This document shows, piece by piece, positions 23,566-36,016 of a stretch of 64,000 nucleotides of DNA (position 1 is its first letter; each line of letters opens with the position of its first letter). Origin of the DNA: Callorhinchus milii (lineage: Eukaryota); contig NW_024704743.1 of assembly GCF_018977255.1 (NCBI RefSeq), positions 68,822,001 through 68,886,000 on the forward strand, read 5' to 3'. The translations under genes were made by a program, and so were the position numbers. The notes beneath the pieces are model-generated. The model had not been told where the DNA came from, ran no database searches, and saw only the letters and a program-made list of their open reading frames with translations.

Positions 23566-24319
23566 TCTTGTGTCCCTTTATTTATACAGCACTCATTGAC
23601 TAAAAAAAACTTAAATAACAGCGTTGCCCCTTTATAAACGGAACATTTATTTTGCCTACAAATACAATCACTACATTTTGCAGTAAATCATGTAAGGTTC
23701 TTTGAGATATTTCAACGATGTCACAAGGTGCTCTATCAAAAGCAAGAGTGACGTTTTTTTTGGTTTATTTTTAGTGCAACATCCCAGTTGGAGTTTTTTT
23801 CTTTCTGACACAAAGTGGCTGAAATCAAATTGAATGCAATTTTCCCAGAGCATCTAGCAGCACATTTACCATCAGCAAAAATATCACCACCATTTATTGT
23901 CACAATTAACTTCAGGTTCAATGCAGTAGCAACTAAACGTGGGTGATTTAGTACAGGTTTATAAAGATTCCAGACAGAATGAAGCCTACTTATCAGCCAG
24001 ACTGCCATCTCTTGTGGGCAAGATATAACTTTTATTTAATGATCACCCAGCAGAGGTTAGGTACTTATAATGGTGACTATTTCTCAGCTGCCACTGGTGT
24101 GTTGCCTTTGGGTTGGAAAAAGTCACTTCAGGATGTGGTTAAGAATTGCAATTTCACATGATTTGCTATTGGTTGGAAACAATTCCTAAACTGTACGGCT
24201 AGAGTCACTCTGCCGTGAGGCTGGATTAATGGCCAGAAAGCGACAGTCAGTGGCTGTGGAAGGGATAAAACAAGCTCATTTTCACTGGAGGCAGGGCTTT
24301 TTAACTGTATACTATAACC

Positions 24320-24837
24320 CAGGGTAGTCCAACTGGCGGCCTGCGGGCCACATCCGGCCTGGGGGATGGTTTCATCCGGCCCACATACCCAGTCGCAATA
24401 CAGGCTTGGTCTGACCCAGGAGGAAAAACAGTGGCGCGAGGCACCAGTTAGCAGCAGAACCTGTCAATCACCTTCAAACCGGTAATGGGAGAGAGATGCA
24501 CATAGACAGAGAGAGAGATTCAGAAACAGACAGAGAGATACAGAGATACACATAAATATAGATAGAGGGAGAGATACGGAGATGCGCACAGACAGACACC
24601 TTGCTGCTGGCTGTATCTTTGTTTCAAAATTTGAATTTTTGCATTGCCTATTTAACGTTTGCATTATAACTAAAATATAGTGAAATTAAGTAACGCAGTT
24701 ACACAATTTAAAACATGGGATTTATATGATTGTTACCAGTCGGTTCTGGAAAGAAACAAAAATATTGCGTATGTGGCCTGCGGTCATTTCTCAAATCCGC
24801 CGTCTAGTCTTTAGCAGCCACAAGATGGATTAAACTG
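24320..24837. mobile_element. hAT (Charlie-like) MITE
   Basis: TIRs CAGGGTAGTCCAAC / GATGGATTAAACTG (10/14 complementary); 8-bp TSD CTATAACC / CTGTAATC; subterminal GCGGCCTGCGGGCCACATCCGGCC; internal GA-rich microsatellite. Confidence 0.8.
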
Positions 24838-25044
24838 CTGTAATCAATGACATAACCGGAGAGGCATTTGTAATAGGCCTGGTTGCTAGGAGCCCGGAAA
24901 TAACTGTTTGAATTACATTGCAGTAGGAATTGGCACATTACATATTAACTGCTAGGATTATATTACAAATTTCCTGGAATACAACACACCTTCCAAAAAG
25001 CCTGATTCAGGCACTCCACTTCGGAGACTAACTTGGAGCAGTCC

Positions 25045-26780
25045 TTCCTACCTTTCACACTGCCTCCACTTGGTCTCAGCAAACGGCTTCTCCTCTAGCC
25101 GCCACACCATCTCGTGCGGTGTTACTCAGGGCAACCCCAGGCTCCTATTCTCTACAATCAACCGGCTCCTCCTCGCTCCCCGCCACGCCTCTCAAATTCT
25201 TTCCTCCGACTCATACAGCAAGGAAATGCTGGATTTCCTCGTCCAAAATTGAGGGAATCCGGTCAGCTGCCACTGCCCTCCCAACTTCCACCCTCTCCCT
25301 ACCCCCCACCACCCACACTCCGACCACTACCCGTCCCTCCTTCCACACCTTTGAACCTGTCATCCCTCCTCTATCATCACCACCATATCCTCCATGAAGC
25401 CCACCATCTGCTCTCTGGATCCCATTCCCATCCCCACCCCTCTCCTTAAATCCTGGCTCCACCTCCTTGCCACTTCCGGAAACTGCTCTGGTCAGGTGAC
25501 AAATGACATCCTGACATGTGTGACCAGGGCTCCCTCTGCCTCCGCATCCTCCTCGACCTCTTTGCTGCTTTTGACACTGTGGACCATTCAATCCTCCTCC
25601 ACCACCTCTCCTACCACCTCAACCTTCAAGGTTCTGTCCTTGACTGGTTCAGGTCCTACCTTTTACACCGCCTCCACTTTGTCTCAGCAAAACGCTTCTC
25701 CTCCAGTCCCTGCACCGTTTCATGCGGCGTTCTTCAGGGCTCTGTCCTTGGTTCCCTCCTCTTCACCCTCTACATGCTGCCCCTCGGTGCCATCATCCGC
25801 AGACATGGAGCAAATTTCCACATGTATGCGGATGACATCCAACTATACCTCTCTGCCTCCATCCTCAACTACAGGATTACTGGTGTCCTGACCGACTGTC
25901 TGTCCGACATCAAGTCCTGGACGAGGGACAACTTTCTCCAGCGGAACGTCAGCAAGACTGAGGCCCTCCTAATTGGCTCACGCCAGCGCCTCCACACCTC
26001 AGGCGCTGGCAGCATCAGCCTCCACGGCTGCACATTCAACCTCACTAAGCCAGTCAGGAACCTGGGTGTCTTGTTTGACCCTGAACTGTCCTTTCTCCCC
26101 CACAAACCCGCCATGACTGGCACTGCCTAACACCACCTCCGCAACACTGCCAGACTCCGCCACTGCCTCACCCCTCAGGCTGCCGAAACCCTCACCCAGG
26201 CATTCGTCACATCAAGGCTCGATTATGGAAATTCCCTCCTCATCGGCCTTCCCTCCTCATCGGACTTCCAAGCCGCAGAGCATCCAAAACTCTGCATCTC
26301 ATGTACTCTTGCGCACCAGGCTCCGTGACCCCATCACTCCCACCCTCTCCCGACTCCACTGGCTGCCCATCCCTCAGAGGATCAAATTCAAGATCCTCAT
26401 CCTCACATTCAAGGCCATCCATGTCCTTTCCCCATCCTACCTCTCTGTCTGACCTGCTGACTCCCTACCAACGTGCCCGCTCCCTCCGTTCAGTGGGCTC
26501 CGGCCTGCTCCATGTCTGCCACCCGACCTGTCCCCACACTCTGGAACTCCATCCCACAGTCCCTTCGCCTCGCTTCCTCTCTTGCCTCCTTCAAGGCCGG
26601 TCTCAAGACCCTCCTCTTCGATCGTGCCTTCGGTCGTCCTCCCACCTCTCTGCCTTCCCTCACTCCTACCCCACCCCTTCCCCATGCTCGGGTCCTGATC
26701 CCTGGCTATCCAGTGCCTTGAGACGTCCTCCCGACATGAAAGGCACTCTATAACTTTAATTTTGTTGTCGTCGTTGTTGT
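25045..26780 (+). mobile_element. L2 LINE, rearranged and internally deleted (RT domain + 3' tail)
   Basis: ORF 25516-26130 [46 protein letters not shown]; (GTT)-type tail at ~26765-26780. Confidence 0.95.
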
Positions 26781-27134
26781 AACTTTGCATTTAGATTAAT
26801 GCATAATGACTGTGGTTCAGGTAATAATGTTAACTGGGAGAGACCCCAACTGGCCAGAAAAGTGGACTATATGGCTTTGCTGTTGCCTTTATCCTGGATT
26901 TATAATCCTGCATTTATATATCAAAATGAAGGGACTCCGCAGTGACTGTAGGCTGCAGATACAACTTACATATATATATAGAGCCTTTTACATCAGGAAG
27001 ACGTCTCAAACCACTTAATGCCGATTCTGTGGATTCATAATCACAAGATCGCAAGAAGGGTTCAGATGAAGGCCCTTCAGCCCTTGATCTCATCCTTCAA
27101 GAATACACTCTAGTATATGCAGCTTCAAGCTATT

Positions 27135-27205
27135 TCATAGGAACAGGAGTAGGCCATTCAGCCCCCCAAGCCTGTTCCGCCATTCTATTAGATCATAGCT
27201 GATAA
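27135..27205 (-). mobile_element. CR1 3' end fragment nested in an older CR1 remnant (~27040-27370)
   Basis: CATAGGAACAGGAGTAGGCCATTCAGCCC is the reverse complement of the CR1 3' stem-loop. Confidence 0.8.
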
Positions 27206-28584
27206 ATGATTTCATAAATGAGTCCAGGGTTCTGGCATTATCCACCCTTTCTGATAGTCATTGTTTACCCTCTGGGTCATCCCCCAACCCATCGCAATAT
27301 TTCTGATTTGAAATTACCCTTCACTACCTTAACCAATGCCCTCTTGTTCTGCTGACTCGACATAACTAAACAGCTACAGCACTGGGGGAACACATAAGCT
27401 TGTGCTCACTGATAAACTCACCTTTTAGCCAGGGTGGGCAGAACACAAATCACAGCCAGACTTAGAGCTAAGGATAATTTCTGAAGTTAAGAGTATTGCA
27501 TGAGTCACCTTTCTTCTTCAGAGAACTACAGAGAAGATCATGTAACTATTGATTTGGGGTCTTCACGGTATTACTTGAGAGGTTCTCAAAATATTATACA
27601 ATAGAATCTAATGCTTTGGTCTGGCAGTCAAATGGGTTTCAATGCAGACAGTGCAAGGTTGAATCTGTCACAAATATCAAGTACTAACAGATATTGAAAT
27701 TCAGTGGGAAAGCAAATATAATCAGCAGTTTTGCCCATGGGTCATGATTTCTTGGGAGAGGGAAAAGGGGGATGTTGAATGTGGATGGTAGAGGACTAGA
27801 ATTGCTAGGTTAATGGGTATATTTTAGAGATTTTGTTTTAAGAGAGATTGGAATGCACGTCTGTAATAAGATAGAGGAGTGGAGTCCAAGATTGTTTGGG
27901 GTATGCACAATTTATGGAAGGAATAGGTTTGAAGCCCAAATGTACTTTTCTCCTTCAATGCTCGCTTGCATTCTTAATATTCGATTGTCGTGTTTTTCAG
28001 GTATGACATGAAATAAGATTTTGTTTCAAAAACTGTGAAAGCAGACTGGGTTACAGGCAACACCTAAAATGGTAACATAATCTAAGTAATTCAAGCACTT
28101 TGAAACAAAGCCAAAAATCTATTTCTCAATCAATTTTGTTCAAAGAGCTTTGACCAATATGAAAGACCACTACTGCATTATGCATTTTATTGCAGTGAGG
28201 TGAGTTTTGCTTTTTAATCACCTAAATAATAATAATAATCCTTGCATTTGATATAGCGCTTTTCACGTCGGGAGGACGTCCCAAGAAACAACAACAAATT
28301 GCAGTTATATAATGTCTTTCATGTTGGAAGGATGCCCCAAGGCACTGACCAGTCAAGGGTTTCCACCTGAGCTGGGGGTCGGAGTCGAGAAGCGTTGAGG
28401 ACAAGTGGGGTTGGGGTGGCAGGGTGACTGAAGGCATGGTCAACGAGGAGGGTCTTGAGATGGGCCTTGAAGTAAGCAAGGGAGGGGGTGAAGCAAAGGG
28501 ATTCTGCGATGGAGTTCCAGAGGGTAGCGGCAGAAAGGCTGAAGGCTTGATTGCCAATGGTGAGGGGGGCAAGGCGTGACTAGC

Positions 28585-28825
28585 TTTATTTTGGGGGGAT
28601 TGTTGGCCAGGACACTAGAAGAAACTCTCTTCTCTTTTCAAATAGTACCGTGGAATCTTTAGCATCCACCTGAACAATCAATCGCGTCATCGTCTGAACT
28701 CATCTGAAGGACGGCGCCTCCAACAACGCAGCGCTACAATGAAGTATCATCTTAGATTATATGAGTTCCAAGTTCCATGGGGCTTGAACCCACAACCTTC
28801 TGATTCAGAGCATAAATTGCTACAA
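28585..28825 (-). mobile_element. Deu-domain SINE (SacSINE1/AmnSINE-like) 5' part
   Basis: Minus strand shows a tRNA head GAATCAGAAGGTTGTGGGTTCAAG and Deu-domain GTTGGAGGCGCCGTCCTTCAGATGAG..AAAGATTCCACGGTACTATTTG. Confidence 0.8.
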
Positions 28826-30139
28826 ATCTTGCAGCCAGGCTGCAAGATCACTTGATATTGCAAAACGAATATTTGCAGCACACAATAAATCCTGTAACTA
28901 AAATATAGTTACCACTGTCATTTGAGCTGGATTGGTACATAGAAAATCTGTTTAGTCTGCATTTACACTTCGCCAAAATCATGATTTACTGCATTCATTC
29001 CTTATTGAATCCGAGGAAGTTAAAATGACTACAGTAAATCTTTTGTCCATGTCAGGACTCAGTTTAAAAACAGAACAGATTGATTTCCTGTATAACAGCT
29101 GTATACGTTCAAAAGACATTTGTGAAAATTTGATGAAAAGAAAGTGCAAAGGCTGGAAATAAACAGCAGATGGTTCAGCACCTCAAAAGAGAAAGTCAGG
29201 TCAGTGTTTTTGGTGAGGTTCCCCCCTTTTAGAGCAGAAATCTCTCTCTCACCAGAAATCTCTCTCAATTTGCTGTGCATTTCCATCATTTTCTAATTAC
29301 ATTTTAAAATTGAAAAATTATTGTTCATATATAGCAACTCACTAAAGCTAGGCTGAAGGGTTTAGAAACCAGTGTCTGTTTCTTTTCAATTTCTACCAAA
29401 TGATACTGAGTAATTCCCAGATTTTTAAAATGATTTTAGTCTGCATTTCCTTATTCCCACTTGAAAGCTGACAGAATTATCAGGTTGTAGCATTTGTTGT
29501 TGTCTTGGATAAAGTTTGGGCTTAACAGAGGATTAAGTGCTATTGAGGGGTGAAGAAAGTGTTTGGCATGAAAAGGGAAAATTTGATTTCTTCGAGGCAG
29601 CTTTAAGATGGAAAAAGAGTGAAAACTCCATTTGAGGTTAGAGGAGATAGTGAGGTTAATAATAATCCTTGTTTTTGACGTAGAGCCTTATCACGTCTTC
29701 GAGACATCTCAAAGCGCTTCACAGAATATACTTTAAAGTGAATTGACTATAAATTTTGTGGGTGAAACAGAACGTCCGAGGATAAAGGATACAGGAGGAT
29801 CAAAAAAAAAGCAACTGGTTAGACTCACAAGAGACGCAAAGAATCATGGAGATAATCCACCTACGTCTGCATGAACGTCCCCCACCTCCCCCACTCTATT
29901 CTCCCCCCCCATACTCTCCATACTCCATACTCCCCCCCCCATATTCTCCCTAATGATATACATTGAGGTTCCTCTTAAATGCATTATTACTTTTCGTTTT
30001 CACCACTGCATTTTGCAGTTTGTTCCACATTCTCACCCTCTGTGTAAAGAAGATCCTCCTAAACCCATTAAAATGTTGGAACTGATTCAATTGTCTGTGG
30101 CTGTGTCCAGTTCCTGAGCCAGGCAGGTATACAATACTC

Positions 30140-30480
30140 GAAGGCACTGTTGTGACCGATCAGACAGTCTGCCTCATCAGCAAAATTTGGAGGGAGCAGA
30201 CCAGTCAGTGGGATTCTTGCCACTCAACTATATTAACCCTGCAAGTCAAAGCCTTAATGGGTAGAGTGGTGCTCGCTAGACAAGCGGTGGGAAGTTTGCA
30301 GCCAGTGTTCTTAATGGCAAGTTATGTGTTTTTTACTGGTTAAATTCTAGCAGTATCCCAATGCACCCTATAGGGGGCCGAACTTATGTCTATTACTCAC
30401 TGGAATTAAGTAAGGAGGGTGCATCCCTCCAAGGAGAGCATGTGCATTCCATTCTAGACATAGAAATAGACAGGGAAATT
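30140..30480 (+). repeat. Unclassified dispersed repeat, diverged copy
   Basis: Shares TTAACCCTGCAA..AAAGCCTTAATGGGTAG..TTAATGGCAAG..GCATTCCATTC with 39283-39675. Confidence 0.75.
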
Positions 30481-30697
30481 CAATTCAGCAATTGTTGCAT
30501 GAGGCTGGTGCTGTTCACTGCACCCTTTTTAGAGTCAGAGCTCATATTGCCTATGTAGTCGTTTGTGCTACCTCTAGAATGTAAGGATTGACCCTGGAGC
30601 AAATGGGCATGATAATTCCAGATACATACCTCACACAATTGAGACATTTATTTTCACTGCAGCAAACTACAGAAGCACAAGAGCATAGTTTTCATAC

Positions 30698-30816
30698 CTG
30701 GAAACAAAGCCCAAAGGTTTGAGCTTTTCGACAGCACTTGATGGCAATGGATTCAGCAGATCCCGGATCCGAACTTTACCCACGATGCCAATCCCGACAA
30801 CTACAATGCCCAACAT
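30698..30816 (-). CDS. BLVRA: Biliverdin reductase A, coding exon 1 from the conserved ATG (exon acceptor at 30826)
   Basis: TTACCTTCAG|AACTTCAAAG ATG ... |GTATGA. Encodes MLGIVVVGIGIVGKVRIRDLLNPLPSSAVEKLKPLGFVS(R), with the Rossmann GxGxxG motif. Confidence 0.96.
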
Positions 30817-30954
30817 CTTTGAAGTTCTGAAGGTAAACACAATAACATATTTAATATGTTATATCTTAATAATTTAATTCACGTTCCATTTTTCTCGAAT
30901 GCATCAAGAGTAAAGCTAATCTCAGAAATGTGACTGATTTGATGTTCTATGATG

Positions 30955-31825
30955 AACAACAACAACAAGATTTCATTTATAGAGCGCCTTTCACGTCAGG
31001 AGGACGTCCCAAGGCGCTGGCCAATTGGGTCGGGACCCGAGCAGGGGGGAAAAGGATTGCATTGAACTGCCATTCTTCCAGCGCCTTGGGACGTCCTCCC
31101 GAAGTAAAAGGCGCTCTATAAATGGAATCTTGTTGTTGTTGAAATGGTCAGGGTGAGGGGAGAGAAGGGAGGGAGCGAGGAGGGGGTAGAGAGTCGAGAG
31201 GGGAGCTGAAGGCACAGTCAAAGAGAAAGGTCTTGAGACCGGCCTTGAAGGAGGAAAGGGAGGAGGCGGCGAAGGCACTGGGGGATAGAGTTCCAGAGCC
31301 TCGGGGCTGAGAGACTGAAGGCCCGGCCACCGATGGTAGGGCAGTTGGGACGGGGGATGTGGAGCAGACCGGAGCCAGAGGAACGGAGGGTACGGGCAGG
31401 TAGGTAGGGGGATAGTAGGTCGGAGAGGTAGGAGGGAGCGAGGCCGTGAATGGCCTTGTAGGTGAGGGTGAGGATCTTGAATTGGATCCTCTGGGGGATG
31501 GGGAGCCAGTGGAGGCGAGCGAGGGTGGGAGTGATGTGGTCCCGAAGCCTGGTGCGGGACAGTACACGAGCTGCAGAGTTCTGAATGACCTGTAGCTTGT
31601 GGAGGGAGGTGGCGGGAAGGCCGGCGAGGAGAGAGTTCCCATAGTCCAGCCTTGAGGTGGACCAGAGTTTCAGCAGCGTGAGGGGTGAGGTAGTGCTGTA
31701 GTCTGGCGATGTTTCGGAGGTGATGAAGACGGTGCCAGTTGAGGCGCAGATATGAGGAAGAAAGGACAGCTCAGGGTCGAACAGAACGCTGAGGTTCCTG
31801 ACTGTCTTTGAGAGGTGGAGAGTGA
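30955..31825 (-). mobile_element. Young L2 3' fragment containing an opposite-strand chimeric insertion at ~31052-31140
   Basis: ORF 31218-31841 [30 protein letters not shown]; (GTT)n tail at 30955. Confidence 0.93.
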
Positions 31826-32799
31826 AATATCCAAATATCACAAATAGGTTAATAAATACAACCTTCTTAAGTAAAACTGTTATTCAGCATTTCAGTTAAT
31901 TTAGGTTTTAAATTTTCTGTTGATTTGGATTGAAGTAATTCCATTATGAACAAATGCTCATAAACCCAGGGCTTGGTATCCACCTTGCCTGGTATACAGA
32001 GAGGTAAGCAGCTGCTGAAGTTCCATGCAACAACAACAACAAAATTTCATTGGTATAGCACCTTTCACATTGGGAGGACGTCCCAAGGTGCTGGACGGAC
32101 AGAGTTTCGGACCCGAGCTGGGGGTTGGACTCGGGGAGGGTGGAGGGCATGGGGGGGAAACAGGGAGATCGAAAGCACGGTCGAAGAGGAGGGTCTTGGG
32201 CAGCACAGAAACCCGATTGGAGGGGTTCGTGACGGGAGAGGAAGGAACGAAGCATGAGTGTTGATTCCAACTGATAGAATCAACACTCATGTTGAGGGTT
32301 GTGTATCCGAACTGTGGGCCTTATTGTAGCTTACACTTCACTCCTCTAACCGCCCCTTCGCTCTGGCCTCCTGCACGTCCCTCATCTCCTCAGCCCCATC
32401 GTCGGCAGCTGTGCTTTCATTCACTATGCCCCGAGATTCTGGAACTCTGCTTCAATCCCTCTGCCTTGCCCGTCTTCAGATCACATCTGAAGACCTTCTT
32501 CTTTGACTGTGCCTATGGTCAACCCCTCTCTCTCCCTGGCTTGGTGTCAAGCTCTGCCACTGTTAAATGCTTTGAGACACTAGCTGCGTAAGGGCACTGT
32601 ATAAATCCAAGTTGTTGTAATACTTCCTGTAATTAGGTAAGCAAGGTTCCACTTTCACTCAGATTTTAATCCGTAGTTAATCTGCAGGATTCAGACAGAC
32701 AGGACTTCAGTTTAACATCTCATTTGATAAACAACACAACTCTCTCCAAGGATTGCATTGAACTGCCATTCTTCACTATGAACTCATGTCCTAATGTGG

Positions 32800-32862
32800 G
32801 ACCAGGCAGGTCCGCAGTGCTCCAGGGCACTGTTGATGACAGCACAGCCAGACTGGCTCATC
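32800..32862 (+). repeat. Unclassified repeat, 5' structured module
   Basis: CCAGGCAGGTCCGCAGTGCTCCAGGGCACTGTTGATGACAGCACAGCCAGACTGGCTCA, followed by a CR1 3' fragment (~32862-33020). Confidence 0.7.
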
Positions 32863-33074
32863 AATAACAACTTTCAAAAGGGAATTGGATAGGTACTTGA
32901 AAAGGAAACATTTGCAAGGATATGGGGAAAGAGTGTGGGAGTGGGACTAATTGGGTAGCTCTTCCAAAGGGCCGACACAGGTACAATAGGCCGAATGGCC
33001 TCCTTCTGTGCTATAATGACCGAAATACTAACTCTCCAGTGCCTTGGGACATCCTCCCGACATGTAAGGTGCTA

Positions 33075-33257
33075 TATAATGCATCCCTCTAGTAATACAG
33101 TATGCCTTCCATTCTAGACACAAAAACATTTCCATGCATCGCATGCATATGTGGAACTACCATGGCATGCATGTGTGGATATCTTAGACTGGTATGAATA
33201 CTATTAAGCATGGCAATGGGTTTTCGCGAGTGTCAGGCATGCAGCTGGTCAAAAAAA
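33075..33257 (+). repeat. Unclassified repeat, 3' module
   Basis: GCATCCCTC..CCTTCCATTC..TTAAGCATGGCAATGGGTTTTCGCGAGTGTCAG..CTGGTC followed by an A-run. Confidence 0.65.
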
Positions 33258-35706
33258 CTCAACCAAATTCACAAATCAAATGAAAATGATTCCTCATATC
33301 ACATTTTTTAATAATGGATTGTTTCACTTCATCTGTTTCTGATCAGATTTTGAACACTTGTCATCGATAAAGAGAGACATTCAGACAAAGGGAACAAAGG
33401 GTTTTGACGTGATCACTGCAGGTTTATCAGTCACATTTCCTGGAAAAATCCTAGTTAATTTGGGGGAAAAACCAACAGGATCATTGGATCAATCATGGTG
33501 CGCATACTTCTGCCAAAAGATTACTGAGGTTTATACTTAGGAAAGTATAGTAATCTGATGAAGGCAATTACTGCAATCTCCAAATTGCTTCCAACTTATT
33601 AGGTTCCATGAAAGTAGCCAATATTACATAACCTGATTCCATTGCATCTGAGGCATTTCCATTAGATGTGAAAGGCGCTATATAAACATAATTGTATTCA
33701 ATCTCTCCAAATTTCAAGGTACAACTTTCTTAAAAACAGCCTGAAAATAATGTACCTAAAAGACGAGGGTTTCCATCTTCTTCCAATAAATTGACATTGT
33801 TAAGGTTATAATAATAATCCTTGCATTTTGTCATGTCAAAACATCTTGAAAAGCGCTTCCAAGATTTTTTTTCCTATAAAGCATTATCTTCTTAACCTCA
33901 TTCTTGTGTAATGAAATTCTGAGGAATTCCTGTTATAATAAACCTTGAATTTGATATAGCACTTTAGTCACAGAGCTTTTTTTTGTTGAGTATAGTGACT
34001 GCAGGTGAACGTGACAACCATTTTTTTTACACAGCAATGTAACACAAACAGCTAGGATGTAAATGACCAATTATGTGGAGTATGGTTGGCCAGAACAAGG
34101 GAGATGCTCTTTTTGAATAGGACCATGGGATCTTTAACGTCCATTTTAATACACAGATGGTGTTAAATATCGGTTTGACACTCGTTCCAACAATGCAGTA
34201 CATCCCAGGGCCACTTTCTCAGAAGCAAACTACGTTAGCAGACAGTGGGCATCATTTAACAACAATTTTCAGAAGACACTGGAGACACGAGTAGAAAAGG
34301 AGAAAATGTGGTAAATGGAAAAAGCTCTATTTGGGTTTGGACAGCAATGATTAAAAGAACCGAGGGATTTATTCTAGGTTACTTGCTGGTCACACTATTT
34401 AGAAGGAGGAGATGTAGTACAATAGAATGGTGGTTAAGTGCTCCAGCATACTACCCTCCTCGAAGGGCGCTATATAAATGCAAGTTGTTGTTGTTATTTG
34501 CAAGCCAATTATCTGCATGTCTATTCATCCACATGAGGTGATGCTCCAGAAGTGAACTCAGGGTTTTACAAAGGATGTGCAGCAGGAATACAGGCCACTT
34601 GGCTCAACCAGTCCATGCTGGCATTTTATACTCCACACAAATCTTCACTCATTCCTTACACCCGCCTTATCCTGTCTTTGCGATGCATCAAAGCTCTTCA
34701 CAGAATATACTGTAAAATTAATTGACTATATATTTTCTGGATGTTAAAGATCCCAAGGCACTACTTAAAGAGAAGGTAGATCTTCACTTCATGGTTGCTT
34801 GTGGGGCAATACCATGCACACGTACCCGTACTTGGCTGCCATGTTCACCCATAAAACATAGTCACTCCAGTTTACAGTATATCCTGTGAAACGCTTTTAC
34901 ATGTTTTCCAAGTGAAAGGCTCTATACCAAATGTAAGGATCGATATTCTTTCTTCTTTTTTTCATGTCCATGCCTTGATTCATTCAGCCTCTCCTGCACC
35001 AAGCTCCCGTGAGCCTATCAACCCCACCCTCGCCCAGCTTCACTGCCTTCCCATCCCCCAGAGGATTGACAAGATCCTCATTCTCACTTTTGAAGCCCTC
35101 CACGTCTTGCTCCTCCCTACCTCTGTGACCTGCTAAATCATTACCAACCCACCAACTCTCTCTGCTCGGTGGGCACTGGACTCTCCAAGGCCCCCGGCCT
35201 GCCTGCTTCACCATCGGCGGTTGGACCTTCAGCCTTCTTGTCACCATCCTCACCACCATCTCCATTCTAGAGTCCCTTTGTCTTGCCCCTTCCCTCCTTC
35301 TAGGTCCGTCTCAAGGCCTTCCTCTTCGACTGTGCCTTCAATCAGCTTTTCACCCCCACCCCACATGTCCCGTATCCCTCTTGCTCCACACATCCCTTGA
35401 ATCCAACATCCAACTCCAAGCTCTGGTGCAAACCTCTACTGTCCAGCGTCTTGGGACATCCTCCCGATGTGAAAGGCACTATATAAATGCAAACTGTTGT
35501 TGTCGGTAAGGATGCCGAGTGTGTCTTATCATCCACACACTGACACAACAGTTGTGTGTGAAATGTCCGAGGCAATTCAGAGATAAAAGACCACTCTGCA
35601 CATCAAAACATTCTGGGTTTGTGGCTACCATTTTCTCATCTGCAGCTCAGTTTCAGAGATTAATCATAAACATCTTAGGCATTCTCACTTATCAGGGGAA
35701 CAGGAC

Positions 35707-36016
35707 TAATAATAATAATCCTTGCATTTGATATAACGTTTTTCATGTCTTCTCGGCGTTTCAAAGCGCTTCACAGAATAGACTGTAAAGTGAATTGACC
35801 GTATATTTGTGGGCGAAACGCGGCAGCCAATTGCGCACAGCAGTGTCCCACAAACAGTCGTGGATTGAAAATGACCAATTTATTATTGTTTTTTGTTTTT
35901 GGAGGGATTATTATTAGGTGTGTGGAGTAAGGAAACTTGTCCAAGGTTTCATCCTTGAATTGAACCCAGGTGTCTCACTTGCAAGGCGAGTTCTCTAACC
36001 ACTGAGCTACAGGACT
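35707..36016 (-). mobile_element. Near full-length tRNA-derived SINE with TSD
   Basis: Family match. ACAGGACTAA occurs at 35700-35709 and 36009-36018, a TSD overlapping the SINE head (microhomology). Confidence 0.92.
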
